The translations under genes were made by a program, and so were the position numbers. A stretch of DNA of 64,000 bases from Henriciella sp. Its GTDB lineage: Bacteria > Pseudomonadota > Alphaproteobacteria > Caulobacterales > Hyphomonadaceae. Below, one piece after another: positions 39,081 through 49,048 of this stretch (position 1 is its first letter; the number at the start of each line of letters is the position of its first letter). The notes below the pieces were generated by a model, which saw only the letters and a program-made list of their open reading frames with translations, ran no database searches and was not told the origin of the DNA. The stretch is from positions 64,815 to 128,814 of the forward strand of contig JAJFFK010000037.1 in assembly GCA_021776655.1 (NCBI GenBank), written 5' to 3'.

Positions 39081-39210
39081 TGACCCGACGCTGATTCACC
39101 AATAATACCGCTTCCCGCTTGAACTCGCGGCTGAACTTCCTTCTCGTCATATCTACTCTCCGATTGCAAAAACACCTTATCTCAGTGTCCTCAAAACCGG
39201 CAGCAGCTCA
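39081..39210 (-). mobile_element. IS3-family remnant (left end + first ~24 codons of orfA)
   Basis: Minus strand begins TGAGCTGCTGCCGGTTTTGAGGACAC (IS3-like IR). ATG at 39150 gives MTRRKFSREFKREAVLLVNQRRVS, like HTH_Tnp_1. Confidence 0.85.
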
Positions 39211-39312
39211 ATCGACCGACCGTAGGTGCGAGTTTTCGGATCGGTTCTTGAAATTGGCGACCGACAGCTGGGTCGCTAAGGCTCAGCTCCGCTGACAGTG
39301 CTCTAGGACCGT

Positions 39313-41001
39313 TCAGTTCGACTGCATTGGCGCATTCTCGCGTTGCTTGCTAGCCCAGTTTGGGGCGATCCAGATCGGTACGTTTTGTCTTGGCAATTTG
39401 GCGGCGCCGAGGATCACATCCGCCATTTTCTCAGCGACCATGATGGTGGCGGCGTTGATGTTCCCGTTAGGCACAGTTGGAAACATTGACGCATCGACGA
39501 CACGTAAGTCTTCAAGGCCAATGACACTGCATTCAGTATCGACAACCGCTTTGGCGTCATCGCCGCGCCCCATCCGGCAGGTTCCGCACGGATGGTAGGC
39601 GCTCTCGACATTGGCGCGAACCCATGTGTCGATCTCTTCGTCGGAGGACACGCCAAGACCCGGCTGGATTTCATTACCGCGATAAGCGTCCATCGCTGGC
39701 TGAGCCATGATTTCGCGGGTTAGCCGGATGCAGCGCCGCCATGCTGCTATGTCTTCCTCATGCTGAAGGTAATTGAAGAGGATGTTTGGGTCCGCCACCG
39801 GGTCCGCTGAGGTGATCGCGATATGCCCCCGGCTTTTGGGCTTGTTCGGACCAACATGAACTTGAAATCCGTGCCCATCAAATGATGCCGTCCCGTCATA
39901 GCGCATGGCGGCGGGTAGGAAATGGTACTGAATGTCCGGCGATTTGAGCCCGGCTTCAGATCGGATGAACGCGCAAGCCTCGAAATGATTGGTCGCCCCG
40001 AGCCCGGTTTTGAAAAAAAACCAACGCGCCCCGATCAAGAACTTGGAGAATAGACCAAGCTTTTTGTTAAGGCTCACCGGTTGTTTGCAATGGAACTGGA
40101 AATAGATCTCGAGATGATCCTGAAGGTTCTGTCCGACACCAGGAAGCGTGTGCAGGGGTTCAACGCCTGCGGCCTTCAATACAGTTCCCGGGCCAATGCC
40201 AGAGCGTTGCAGGATCATGGGTGACGCGATTGATCCGGCTGACAGAATGACTTCCTTGGTCGCAGAGAACGTTATGTCGCGACCTTTCCGACGTACCGCA
40301 ACACCTACGGCGCGCTTACCCTCAAAGACAATCTTATCAACCAGAGTCTTTGGAAGGACCGTAAGGTTTGACCGCTTCATTACTGGCCGTAAATAGGCAC
40401 GCGATGTGGACTCACGCACGCCGCCGCGTACCGTCATATGCATCGGTCCGAAGCCTTCCTGACAATGGCCATTATAGTCGCCGGTGCGCGGGTAGCCGGC
40501 CTCAACACCCGCATCGATGAAAACCTTATAAAGCGGATTGCTCTGCATGTTGTTGCCGCCCGACACGCCAAGTGGCCCCGTCCCGCCGCGATAGTCGTTT
40601 TCACCGTTCTGCCAGGTCTCTGCCCGCTTGAAGTAAGGCAGGCAGTCGGCATAACTCCACCCTGTTGCACCGTGCGCTTCCCACTCGTCAAAGTCGCAAG
40701 CATGACCACGGACATAGACCATGCCATTGATTGAGGATGTGCCGCCGAGACCTTTACCACGCGGACAGGTGATTTGTCGGTTATCGACGCTAGGTTCGGG
40801 TTCGGAATTATAGCCCCAATTATAGGTCTTCGATGCCATCGGATAAGACAGGGCGGTCGGCATCTGGATCAGAATATTCCTGTCGCTACCGCCCGCTTCT
40901 AATAGCAAAACGCTGTGTTCTCCGCTGGCGGTCAGGCGATTGGCAAGCACGCAGCCAGCCGACCCCGCCCCAACAATGATATAGTCAAACGTCTTGTTCA
41001 T
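39313..41001 (-). CDS. betA: Choline dehydrogenase (GMC oxidoreductase)
   Basis: GAGSAG, '[11 protein letters not shown]', '[19 protein letters not shown]', 'TNHFEA', 'ESAYHPCG'. Confidence 0.93.
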   Translation of the reverse strand: MNKTFDYIIVGAGSAGCVLANRLTASGEHSVLLLEAGGSDRNILIQMPTALSYPMASKTYNWGYNSEPEPSVDNRQITCPRGKGLGGTSSINGMVYVRGHACDFDEWEAHGATGWSYADCLPYFKRAETWQNGENDYRGGTGPLGVSGGNNMQSNPLYKVFIDAGVEAGYPRTGDYNGHCQEGFGPMHMTVRGGVRESTSRAYLRPVMKRSNLTVLPKTLVDKIVFEGKRAVGVAVRRKGRDITFSATKEVILSAGSIASPMILQRSGIGPGTVLKAAGVEPLHTLPGVGQNLQDHLEIYFQFHCKQPVSLNKKLGLFSKFLIGARWFFFKTGLGATNHFEACAFIRSEAGLKSPDIQYHFLPAAMRYDGTASFDGHGFQVHVGPNKPKSRGHIAITSADPVADPNILFNYLQHEEDIAAWRRCIRLTREIMAQPAMDAYRGNEIQPGLGVSSDEEIDTWVRANVESAYHPCGTCRMGRGDDAKAVVDTECSVIGLEDLRVVDASMFPTVPNGNINAATIMVAEKMADVILGAAKLPRQNVPIWIAPNWASKQRENAPMQSN

Positions 41002-42146
41002 TAGGCCACGACTTCTTTCTTATAAGCGGTGCGAAGTGCCGTGCGCTGCATAAATGTGAGGGCATAGATACAGCCATAAAGACCAATCACGACAAGGCCA
41101 ATCCACTCAATCTTGAGCGGAGTGAACTGGTAAAAAAGGATCAGGCCGAATAACAGGCTCCAATGCGTCGCGACATAGCCGGGGCCACCAAGGCGGGCAA
41201 CGGTAAGGTTCAAACTCTCTGAATAGAGCCGCGTCAGAGAGTCAAGAGAGTTCACGACAAAGATGATCCCGACAACAACCATACAGCCGCGAAGCAGGCC
41301 GACGAGTTCCAGCGCATTGTTATGATAATAGAACAGAACCGAGAACCAGAGTGCGATCGGGATGGATGGAATGATCAGCAGCGCTACCAATAGCTGCCAT
41401 GCTTGTATTCCGCCGACAAAGCGGGCGACGAACTGACCGATCATAATACTCCATGCGAACCACCAGAACAGGTAGAAGGCGTGGTAATCGGTAAGTGGGC
41501 TAGCGAATTTTTGGATATTGGCGAAGTATCCGCCAATATTCGCACTGCTGGAAACAAACCCCGCTACCCCCATACCGCTTGTCAACCACATCAGACCGAT
41601 CAGCGCAAAGAATAGCGCGGTCGAACCAAGTCCCAACCACTTGACATAGCGAATATCGGTGCTCGACAGGACCGCCAGCAAAACCACAAGTGCCACAAGC
41701 CCATATCGAAACGGCGCGGTGATGCCGACAATGTAAGTTGGCAGGTAACTTAGGAAAAGAAAGCCGGTAAACGCGCAGGTCGCAATAATTACAGCGTTAT
41801 TGATGAGCTTCACCCAACCGATCTCAAAGAGTTTTAGTTTCGGTTCGACAATGCAAAAATAGAAGGTTGTCAAAAAGTAGAATGCCCAGACGAGAAAGCC
41901 CCAAAACCCGAACTCAATTGCCAGTGCATTGGTGAACCCATATGCGGCCTCGGTCTCGTAAACCGGGAACTCTGTCAGCGGAAACATGATTAGCCCGACA
42001 TCAAGTCCAGACGTGAAGAGTATCGCCATAAACGCGGCCAGCGACAGTGGGGCACTGCCCTTCAACACAGTCTTGCCAAACCGAATGACAATAGTAACAG
42101 ATGTCAAAAGCGTCAGGGCGATCGCAATTGTGAGGATTGTATTCAT
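41001..42146 (-). CDS. Short BCCT-like (choline/betaine) transporter
   Basis: '[11 protein letters not shown]', '[18 protein letters not shown]', 'NSLDS'; abuts betA. Confidence 0.8.
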   Translation of the reverse strand: MNTILTIAIALTLLTSVTIVIRFGKTVLKGSAPLSLAAFMAILFTSGLDVGLIMFPLTEFPVYETEAAYGFTNALAIEFGFWGFLVWAFYFLTTFYFCIVEPKLKLFEIGWVKLINNAVIIATCAFTGFLFLSYLPTYIVGITAPFRYGLVALVVLLAVLSSTDIRYVKWLGLGSTALFFALIGLMWLTSGMGVAGFVSSSANIGGYFANIQKFASPLTDYHAFYLFWWFAWSIMIGQFVARFVGGIQAWQLLVALLIIPSIPIALWFSVLFYYHNNALELVGLLRGCMVVVGIIFVVNSLDSLTRLYSESLNLTVARLGGPGYVATHWSLLFGLILFYQFTPLKIEWIGLVVIGLYGCIYALTFMQRTALRTAYKKEVVA

Positions 42147-42151
42147 GCTAT

Positions 42152-42499
42152 TCACTCCCTGTATTGTAGTGCAACTCCATCCTCCAGTTCATTATGCTGG
42201 TGATCCCTATGCGGATCGAGAGGATCGTGAGTTGCGATGAGTTTTCCATAGAAATCCTGTATCAGTTCCTCAGCGTTGATTGATGGCTTTGTATTCATAG
42301 AACGCAGCGTAGTGCAGAGACATACAAACTCAAATGAGATTTTGTGGACCGTGCGTCTTGCCTCGGTGGGGCACTTAACCTCAAAAGAACGCACAATCTC
42401 ATTTCGTTGAAATCGGCTTTGAAGGTCTTTTGGTATTGGCAAGCGTACATAGTACACTGTTCCACGCTTTACGAGGTGAGTAGGCCTTGCACCCGTCAT
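42152..42499 (-). pseudogene. Integrase N-terminal (DUF6538-like) remnant without a tyrosine-recombinase catalytic domain
   Basis: 'HLVKRGTVYYVRLPIPKDLQSRFQRNEIVRSF....TEARR'; starts about 110 bp from the tRNA 3' end. Confidence 0.75.
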
Positions 42500-42607
42500 G
42501 GGTGCCCCACCAGAAACCCGTTATCGGTACAGTCGATTGTAACAGTCTCTATAACAAGTACTGTCCAAAAACATACCTTGTTGATATATATGGTAAATTC
42601 GGAAAAC

Positions 42608-42697
42608 TGGCGGAGAGAGAGGGATTCGAACCCTCGGAACGTTTGCACGTTCAACGGTTTTCGAGACCGTCCTATTCAACCACTCTAGCACCTCTCC
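42608..42697 (-). tRNA. tRNA-Ser(CGA)
   Basis: 90 nt, GGAGAGG...CTCTCCGCCA; anticodon arm ACGGT-CTCGAAA-ACCGT; long variable arm; GGTTCGAATCC. Confidence 0.97.
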
Positions 42698-42864
42698 GTG
42701 GGGCGTGGACCTAGCGTGCGGGCGAGAACTGTTCAAGCCCTGCTTTTCACTCCAGTTTAGGTTTGACTTGGAGTTCGGTTTGGTGTTTACCCGCGCCTTA
42801 TTGTCCGCGCCTGCAAGGGCTGCGGCCGAAGTTTCATTTTTTGTGTTCCGGAAGGACGTGCGTC

Positions 42865-43551
42865 ATGTTCGCGGTCATTAAGACAGGTGGCAAACAATAT
42901 AAAGTTGCCGAAGGCGATGAACTCGTCATTGAAAAGCTCGAGATCGAAGCGGGTAAGGACGTCACATTTGACAGTGTCCTGATGCTTGGCAACGGCAAGA
43001 AGGTCACGATTGGCGAACCAATGGTTGCCGGTGCCAGTGTTGTTGCTGAAGTTACTGAACAGCGCAAAGGCGCTAAGGTAATGATCTTCAAGAAGCGGCA
43101 GCGCAACACCTATCGCCGCAAAAAAGGCCATCGCCAGCTTGAAACCCTAGTGACCATCAAGTCGATACTGGCCGATGGTAAAAAAGCACCTGCCAAGAAG
43201 AAGGCAGCGCCGAAGACTGAGGCGGCTCCTAAGGTCGCGGCTAAGGCGGCGGCTCCAAAGAAGGAAGCTGCGCCAAAGAAGGCACCAGCTAAAACCACTG
43301 CGAAGGCAGCAGTCGATGCGCGCGGCCGCATGGCCAAGGCCGATGGCAAAGCTGACGATCTGAAGCTGATTTCAGGTGTTGGTCCAGCCTTCGAGAAGAA
43401 ACTCAATGGTGCTGGCATCTTCCACTTCGCTCAAATCGCGAAGCTGAAAAAAGCCCAGATCGCAGATCTTGAAGAAGAGTTGAACATGTCGGGCCGTGTC
43501 GAGCGTGACGAGTGGATACAGCAAGCCAAAGATCTCGCCAAGAAAGCCTAA
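42865..43551 (+). CDS. rplU: 50S ribosomal protein L21 with K/A/P linker and HhH-like C-terminal extension
   Basis: 'MFAVIKTGGKQYKV', 'RRKKGHRQ', then 'DDLKLISGVGP...ERDEWIQQAK'. Confidence 0.97.
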   Translation: MFAVIKTGGKQYKVAEGDELVIEKLEIEAGKDVTFDSVLMLGNGKKVTIGEPMVAGASVVAEVTEQRKGAKVMIFKKRQRNTYRRKKGHRQLETLVTIKSILADGKKAPAKKKAAPKTEAAPKVAAKAAAPKKEAAPKKAPAKTTAKAAVDARGRMAKADGKADDLKLISGVGPAFEKKLNGAGIFHFAQIAKLKKAQIADLEEELNMSGRVERDEWIQQAKDLAKKA

Positions 43552-43588
43552 GTAGCTGATTGCGATATCGAATTAGAGGAGCGCCAAG

Positions 43589-43858
43589 ATGGCTCATAAA
43601 AAATCAGGTGGTTCAACCCGTAACGGCCGCGATTCAAATCCTAAATATCTCGGCGTCAAGAAATATGGCGGCGAGCATGTCATCCCCGGCAATATTATCA
43701 TTCGCCAGCGCGGAACCAAAACCTATCCCGGTCGCGGTGTTGGCATGGGCAAGGACCATACGCTTTTTGCATTGATCGAGGGCAAGATCGAATTTACGCG
43801 TAAGCGGGATAACCGCCAGTACGTGACGGTTGTGCCAGCTGCACTGGCAGCAGAATAA
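43589..43858 (+). CDS. rpmA: 50S ribosomal protein L27
   Basis: '[16 protein letters not shown]', '[10 protein letters not shown]'. Confidence 0.98.
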   Translation: MAHKKSGGSTRNGRDSNPKYLGVKKYGGEHVIPGNIIIRQRGTKTYPGRGVGMGKDHTLFALIEGKIEFTRKRDNRQYVTVVPAALAAE

Positions 43859-43901
43859 AGCAGCTCGTAGGGCTGCCGAGACGGTGGCCGATATATTCTC
43901 G

Positions 43902-43933
43902 AAAGGGAGGCAGATCACTGCCTCCCTTTTTTT
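43902..43933 (+). terminator. Rho-independent terminator
   Basis: AAAGGGAGGCAG-ATCA-CTGCCTCCCTTT followed by further Ts. Confidence 0.9.
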
Positions 43934-43961
43934 ATGCTGATTTGAGATATAGGTAGGTGAT

Positions 43962-44516
43962 ATGACAACTCAATTTGAAATCTCCCTGGCTCGCCTGACT
44001 TTGCGGCCTCCAGCATCGAGCGATGCGATGCGGATCACCCAGTTGATTGGGCATAAGGATGTCGTTTGGAATCTTGGCCGGGCACCATATCCGTATCAAT
44101 TGAAGGATGCAGAGGAATGGGTCGCAAAGGCCAAACAAAGCGCTCAGGATGGTGAGGAGTATTCTTTCTTGATCACGCATGCCGATGAGGGCGTGATTGG
44201 CTGTGTTAGTGTGACGCGGCATGGTGACGTTTGGGAGCTTGGTTACTGGGTCGGAAAGCCATATTGGGGCCAGGGCTTTGTCACTGAAGCGGCGATTGGA
44301 ATCCTCAAATGGGCGCAGGACAATCTATCTGCAACAGGTTTCGTTGCTGGCCATTATGTTGATAATCCAGCCTCGGGAAAAGTGCTGGAAAAGCTTGGAT
44401 TCAATCCGGTTGGGACGGCTCATTTGTTTGCCAGAGCGCGTGGATGTGATGTTCTCTCCATGCGCTATGTGCGTGGTGCTCCAGATGCGGCGGCTATGGT
44501 GCTCGATCACCACTAG
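43962..44516 (+). CDS. GNAT acetyltransferase, RimJ/RimL type
   Basis: 'RLTLRP', 'ELGYWVGKPYWGQGFVTEA', 'DNPASGKVLEKLGF'. Confidence 0.92.
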   Translation: MTTQFEISLARLTLRPPASSDAMRITQLIGHKDVVWNLGRAPYPYQLKDAEEWVAKAKQSAQDGEEYSFLITHADEGVIGCVSVTRHGDVWELGYWVGKPYWGQGFVTEAAIGILKWAQDNLSATGFVAGHYVDNPASGKVLEKLGFNPVGTAHLFARARGCDVLSMRYVRGAPDAAAMVLDHH

Positions 44517-44524
44517 GCGGGCTT

Positions 44525-45454
44525 TTATCTGGCTTGCAAAAGCGCTCGGCGCAGTTCGACTGGGTTGTAAAGTGATTGATCAGCTTGCTGCTCCAATTCC
44601 AGCTTCAGAGCATTCAGTTCGGCGTGGATATCCAATAATTGCACTTCATCGCGCACCATTTGGCTGATCCGGGTCAGGCGTGAACGTATGGCGGTCTGCT
44701 CGGCTTGGGGGTAGCGTTCATGCAGACGGCCGAGAGAAGTGCGTATGGCAAGTCGCAGCGCGCGGTCGCCACGCGTTGAGCCGATTGATTCTGATGCAAG
44801 TTGCACGAGTCCGTCCTGAATCATGCCGGTTTCGGTCTGCCAAGTGCGTGTCTCAATGGTATCTGGCGCGCATGCCGAATGGTCCAGAGTCCTGATATAA
44901 GCCGCCAGGCTTGCGATCGTCACAGGGGCGGGCAGCGCCCCCCCAAACTCCTCGGTGATTTGGGCTTGCAAAAAGGCCTCCAGAACGCCTGGCACATCTC
45001 TGGCCACGCGGATCTGGCCATCGGGTAAAGCAAGGTCTGGAATCGCGACGGGGTTGTTGATCTCATCGGCGCGTTGCGGCCCGAACAGGCCATGCGTGAC
45101 ATCAGCAGTGCCGGGCTGCCCGGAGATGCTTTCAAACATGAAGGCTTGATTGGCGCGGCCATTGCGGTGGCAGCTTGCACAGCTGAGACCGGCTTTTGAG
45201 GCCTGTCCGCCGAGCAGGAGGGGGCTGTGAAATAACAGCTTCCCAGCCGCAGCATTTGCCGGGGCGTCAGATGCCGCCTGACAAGTCGCCGGTTGAGCCG
45301 TCAGCGCTGCGACCGGATCATATCCGTCGGCCACCCAGTTCAATTCATTAATCGATACCGCCTGAGGTGGCGGCGACTGGCAGGTCGCCAAGACTGTTAC
45401 GGCAACACAAACCGCAGCAAACTCAAGCTTCAAGCGGCGTCGGGGGTCAGCCAT
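44525..45454 (-). CDS. Putative monoheme c-type cytochrome (lipo)protein
   Basis: Hydrophobic N-terminus with LATC; 'GKLLFHSP.L.G....SCASCH' resembles the first heme site of CcP/MauG-type proteins. Confidence 0.7.
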   Translation of the reverse strand: MADPRRRLKLEFAAVCVAVTVLATCQSPPPQAVSINELNWVADGYDPVAALTAQPATCQAASDAPANAAAGKLLFHSPLLLGGQASKAGLSCASCHRNGRANQAFMFESISGQPGTADVTHGLFGPQRADEINNPVAIPDLALPDGQIRVARDVPGVLEAFLQAQITEEFGGALPAPVTIASLAAYIRTLDHSACAPDTIETRTWQTETGMIQDGLVQLASESIGSTRGDRALRLAIRTSLGRLHERYPQAEQTAIRSRLTRISQMVRDEVQLLDIHAELNALKLELEQQADQSLYNPVELRRALLQAR

Positions 45455-46347
45455 GCGCGCAACTCTTCGGTTTGTGTGCAGCCAAACGGGCACAGCGCTT
45501 CGAGTTTCATCAGCTGCACTTGCGCAGAAACCAGATTGCCTTGTTCGACATAGTACTCGCCAAGATACTCGTTGGCATTGAGGTGATCAGGTGCGATTTC
45601 AAGCGCTGCCGAGTAATAAGTTAAAGCGGTTTCAGATTGGCCTTTCTTGCGGTTTGCAAAGCCAAGATAAGTCAGAACGTCTGGATGAGGCCCCAAGATA
45701 AGCTCAGCAGCTTTCAGCTCGACAATCGCCTCGTCATAGCGCTCAAGATTGATCAGGCGAATGGCGTCCGAGTACAGCAAATCTCCATGCTCGAATGTCG
45801 CTTGTGTAATGGCCGGAATGAGGCTCGACGTTTCTGTCGCCTCGGTTGAGGGATTTTTTGCTGCTTCGATGTCTGCGATGGCCTTATCAATTGCTGCGGC
45901 ATTGCTGCAAGCCTCCGCGCAGTCCGCTTTCAGCTCGCCCAAAGTGGCGAGGACCGCATCAGCTTTACCGATACGATCGGACTTTACATGCGCTACACCT
46001 AGCATTGCGTGCGCGTCAAGATTTGTCGCGTCATAGCGCACCGACTTTGCAAATGCTTTGGCTGCTGATTTGAACTCATCCTGTCCGAAATGCGCGAGTC
46101 CCAGCATATAGTGGCTATTGGCATCGGTTCGTGCGACGCGAACAACGCGTTTGAACGCTTTTTCAGCTTTTTTGAAGTCTGAATCGCGTAGGGATTGCAC
46201 GCCGTTTTGATACTCTTCCACCGGGTCGTAAGATGGACCGCTACTGCTCGGTAGGGACCCACCACCACCACCACCGCCGCTTGCAAAAGCAGGCCCACCA
46301 CTGGTTAGAGCAAGCATGGCGAGGGCAATCATTAGGGAACGTGTCAT
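45430..46347 (-). CDS. Secreted tetratricopeptide-repeat protein
   Basis: SD AAGGAG, signal peptide, poly-Gly linker, two TPR blocks each ending in a CxxxC. Confidence 0.85.
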   Translation of the reverse strand: MTRSLMIALAMLALTSGGPAFASGGGGGGGSLPSSSGPSYDPVEEYQNGVQSLRDSDFKKAEKAFKRVVRVARTDANSHYMLGLAHFGQDEFKSAAKAFAKSVRYDATNLDAHAMLGVAHVKSDRIGKADAVLATLGELKADCAEACSNAAAIDKAIADIEAAKNPSTEATETSSLIPAITQATFEHGDLLYSDAIRLINLERYDEAIVELKAAELILGPHPDVLTYLGFANRKKGQSETALTYYSAALEIAPDHLNANEYLGEYYVEQGNLVSAQVQLMKLEALCPFGCTQTEELRAWLTPDAA

Positions 46348-46482
46348 AGCGGTCTCCTTGGGCTCGAAACATAGCCTACTGGAAATCGACAAGATTGCAC
46401 AGGCAATTTGTGGTTTTCACTCAGATGTGAAGCTCTGCGGGCGCGGCTGGTCTTCGCAGCAGGCTCGCTGTAGGAGGGCGCT

Positions 46483-47523
46483 ATGAAGTTTCTTGATCAG
46501 AGCAAAGTCTATGTCAAAGCGGGCGATGGCGGGCGTGGTTCATCCTCGTTCCGGCGCGAAGCTTATGTCGAATTTGGCGGTCCTGACGGGGGGGATGGGG
46601 GGCGCGGCGGGCACGTCTATATTGAGGCGGTGGATGGCCTGAATACGTTGATAGATTTTCGATATCAGCAGCACCATAAGGCTGGCCGGGGCGTTCATGG
46701 CATGGGTAAACAGCGCCATGGGCGGGCAGGCGATGATTTAACCTTGAAGGTTCCAGTTGGCACGCAGGTTTACGAAGAAGATCAAGAGACATTAATCGCT
46801 GATCTCACCGAACTTGGACAGTTGATCATGATTGCAAAAGGCGGCAATGGCGGTTGGGGCAATCTACGCTTCAAAACAGCAACCAATCAGGCACCAAGGC
46901 GGGCCAATCCCGGTGAAGAAGGCGAAGAATGGACATTATGGCTGCGCTTGAAATTGATTGCAGACGCTGGACTTTTGGGTCTGCCCAATGCTGGCAAGTC
47001 AACATTTCTGAGCCGCGCAACAGCCGCCAAACCAAAGATCGCAGATTATCCGTTCACGACCCTAAACCCAGGATTAGGCATCGTTGATCTTGCGCCGGGT
47101 ACAAGATTTGTTCTCGCCGATATTCCCGGCTTGATTGAGGGCGCCGCAGATGGTGCAGGACTTGGTCACCGCTTCCTTGGCCATGTTGAGCGCTGCAAGG
47201 TACTTCTGCACTTGATTGATTGTACGCAGGACGATGTCGCCGGGGCCTGGCAGACAATCCGGGATGAGCTGACTGCGTACGATCCTGCCATGAGTGGCAA
47301 GCCAGAGATCGTCGCGCTCAGCAAAGTTGATGTATTGGACAAGGAATTGGTCGATGAACAGGCAGTGTTGTTGAAGGCGGTCTGTGGTCAGGACCCTATG
47401 CGCTTGTCTGCGGTATCAGGTGAGAACGTCGAGCGCGCCCTGTGGCGCATGGCAGAGGCGCTGAATAGGGTCAATAATTCGAAAAACGAAGGCGAGGCGG
47501 ATACCGATTGGAGTCCATTATGA
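46483..47523 (+). CDS. obgE: GTPase ObgE/CgtA
   Basis: 'MKFLDQ', '[12 protein letters not shown]', 'GLPNAGKST', 'DIPG'. Confidence 0.98.
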   Translation: MKFLDQSKVYVKAGDGGRGSSSFRREAYVEFGGPDGGDGGRGGHVYIEAVDGLNTLIDFRYQQHHKAGRGVHGMGKQRHGRAGDDLTLKVPVGTQVYEEDQETLIADLTELGQLIMIAKGGNGGWGNLRFKTATNQAPRRANPGEEGEEWTLWLRLKLIADAGLLGLPNAGKSTFLSRATAAKPKIADYPFTTLNPGLGIVDLAPGTRFVLADIPGLIEGAADGAGLGHRFLGHVERCKVLLHLIDCTQDDVAGAWQTIRDELTAYDPAMSGKPEIVALSKVDVLDKELVDEQAVLLKAVCGQDPMRLSAVSGENVERALWRMAEALNRVNNSKNEGEADTDWSPL

Positions 47524-48662
47524 CTAGACTTGCATCGAGCATGTCGCCGCTGAATGACGCGCGGCGGATCGTCGTAAAAATTGGCTCTGCTCTGGTTGCC
47601 GATGGGTCGCGGGCTCGCCAAGCCTGGCTCAACGATCTTGCGCGCGATATTGCAGAGCTTCGTGACAGTGGCCGCGAAATTATTTTGGTATCATCCGGCG
47701 CAATCGCGCTCGGGCGTGGGCATCTCGGCGATGCGGTTCCCAAACGATTGGAAGACAAACAAGCCGCTGCGGCGCTCGGACAACCGCTTCTTATGGCGGC
47801 GCTAAGGCGCGCCTTTGAGGGACACAACATCCCCGTCGCACAAACTCTGTTGACGCTGGAAGATACCGAGAGCCGACGACGCTGGCTCAATGCGCGTGCG
47901 ACTTTGGAGACACTGTTATCGGCCGGTGCGATACCGGTAATCAACGAGAATGATACAGTTGCAACCGATGAGATCCGCTATGGCGACAATGACCGCTTGG
48001 CGGCGCGGGTCGCCCAGATGATCAGTGCAGATGTTCTGGTTCTGCTGTCTGATATTGATGGCCTGTACACCCGTGACCCACGTAAAGACGCAGCTGCTGA
48101 GCATGTCGCCACGATTACAGAGCTGACGGCTGCCCATGTCTCGATGGCGGGCCAGCCAAACCAGGTCGCTGGAATTGGCAGCGGTGGTATGATCACAAAA
48201 CTCGCCGCTGCGAAGATTGCCTGGTCGGCGGGATGTGCAACCGCGATAACGCTTGGCGATCGCCCAAAGCCGCTTACCGCCTTAGCAATGGGCGCGCGGG
48301 CAACATGGATATTACCGCGACTGACGCCTGACAAAGCCCGCCAGGCCTGGCTGAGCGGACATCTCGCGCCGGAAGGGAGTGTCTGCGTTGACGCTGGTGC
48401 TGTTGCGGCTCTCAAAAAGGGCGCGAGCTTGTTGCCAGTTGGCCTGACAGGGGTAAACGGCGACTTCTCACGCGGGGCCGCCGTTTTGATCAAAGGGACG
48501 GACGGTCAATTGGTTGCTAAAGGTGTTATTGCCTATAGTTCGGCTGAGGCTGCTCGCATTATCGGGCTGCAATCTGATGCGGTGTCTACAGTTCTTGGCT
48601 ATCGTGGACGCCCGGCTTTGATCCATCGTGACGATTTGATACTGATCGCGGACGAGCGCTAA
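47520..48662 (+). CDS. proB: Glutamate 5-kinase with PUA domain
   Basis: 'IVVKIGS', 'VSSGA', 'INENDTV', 'GDND', 'GSGGMITK'. ATGA overlap with obgE. Confidence 0.96.
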   Translation: MTRLASSMSPLNDARRIVVKIGSALVADGSRARQAWLNDLARDIAELRDSGREIILVSSGAIALGRGHLGDAVPKRLEDKQAAAALGQPLLMAALRRAFEGHNIPVAQTLLTLEDTESRRRWLNARATLETLLSAGAIPVINENDTVATDEIRYGDNDRLAARVAQMISADVLVLLSDIDGLYTRDPRKDAAAEHVATITELTAAHVSMAGQPNQVAGIGSGGMITKLAAAKIAWSAGCATAITLGDRPKPLTALAMGARATWILPRLTPDKARQAWLSGHLAPEGSVCVDAGAVAALKKGASLLPVGLTGVNGDFSRGAAVLIKGTDGQLVAKGVIAYSSAEAARIIGLQSDAVSTVLGYRGRPALIHRDDLILIADER

Positions 48663-48726
48663 AACGGCTCTTTTTGTTCGTGACCCTGAATTGACTCAGG
48701 TTGGCAAATGCAACATACGCGAAATC

Positions 48727-48889
48727 AGATGGTGCCTTCCTAACCGAAGGCTAAGAGGGAAGCCGGTGTGAATCCGGGACTATACCCGTAACTGTTAGCT
48801 GAGAGCTAATGACCACGATGCCACTGGAGCCAATGAGCTTTGGGAAGGCGGTCAAAGGCAAGGATCAGCAAGTCAGGAAACCTGCCATC
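48727..48889 (+). ncRNA. Cobalamin riboswitch
   Basis: 'AAGAGGGAAGCCGGTGTGAATCCGG', 'GTAACTGT', 'GCCACTG', 'GGGAAGG', B12 box 'AAGTCAGGAAACCTGCC'; upstream of btuB. Confidence 0.93.
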
Positions 48890-49048
48890 GCGTCGTTCGC
48901 CTGCCGGCCGGGAAAGCCAGTGGCAGTCGGGGTGTTTCCTCTGAAACGACATGAGAAAAGGCGCGTCGCTGCACCGGAAGCGAAGCTGCCTCAAAATGTC
49001 GTTTTTGCGCGCTCGCCGTCCGGTGACGGGGCGCGGTGGAATAGAAGA

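Noticed and set aside
42344..42736. Short ORFs 42344-42688, 42487-42714 and 42521-42736
   Set aside because: They overlap tRNA-Ser and have no protein motifs.
46259..46279. (CCA)n repeat as a phase-variation tract
   Set aside because: It is an in-frame poly-Gly linker. Triplet slippage would not shift the frame.
48809..49048. 80-aa N-terminal extension of BtuB in the ORF track
   Set aside because: It overlaps the riboswitch and leader. The signal peptide starts at ATG 49049.
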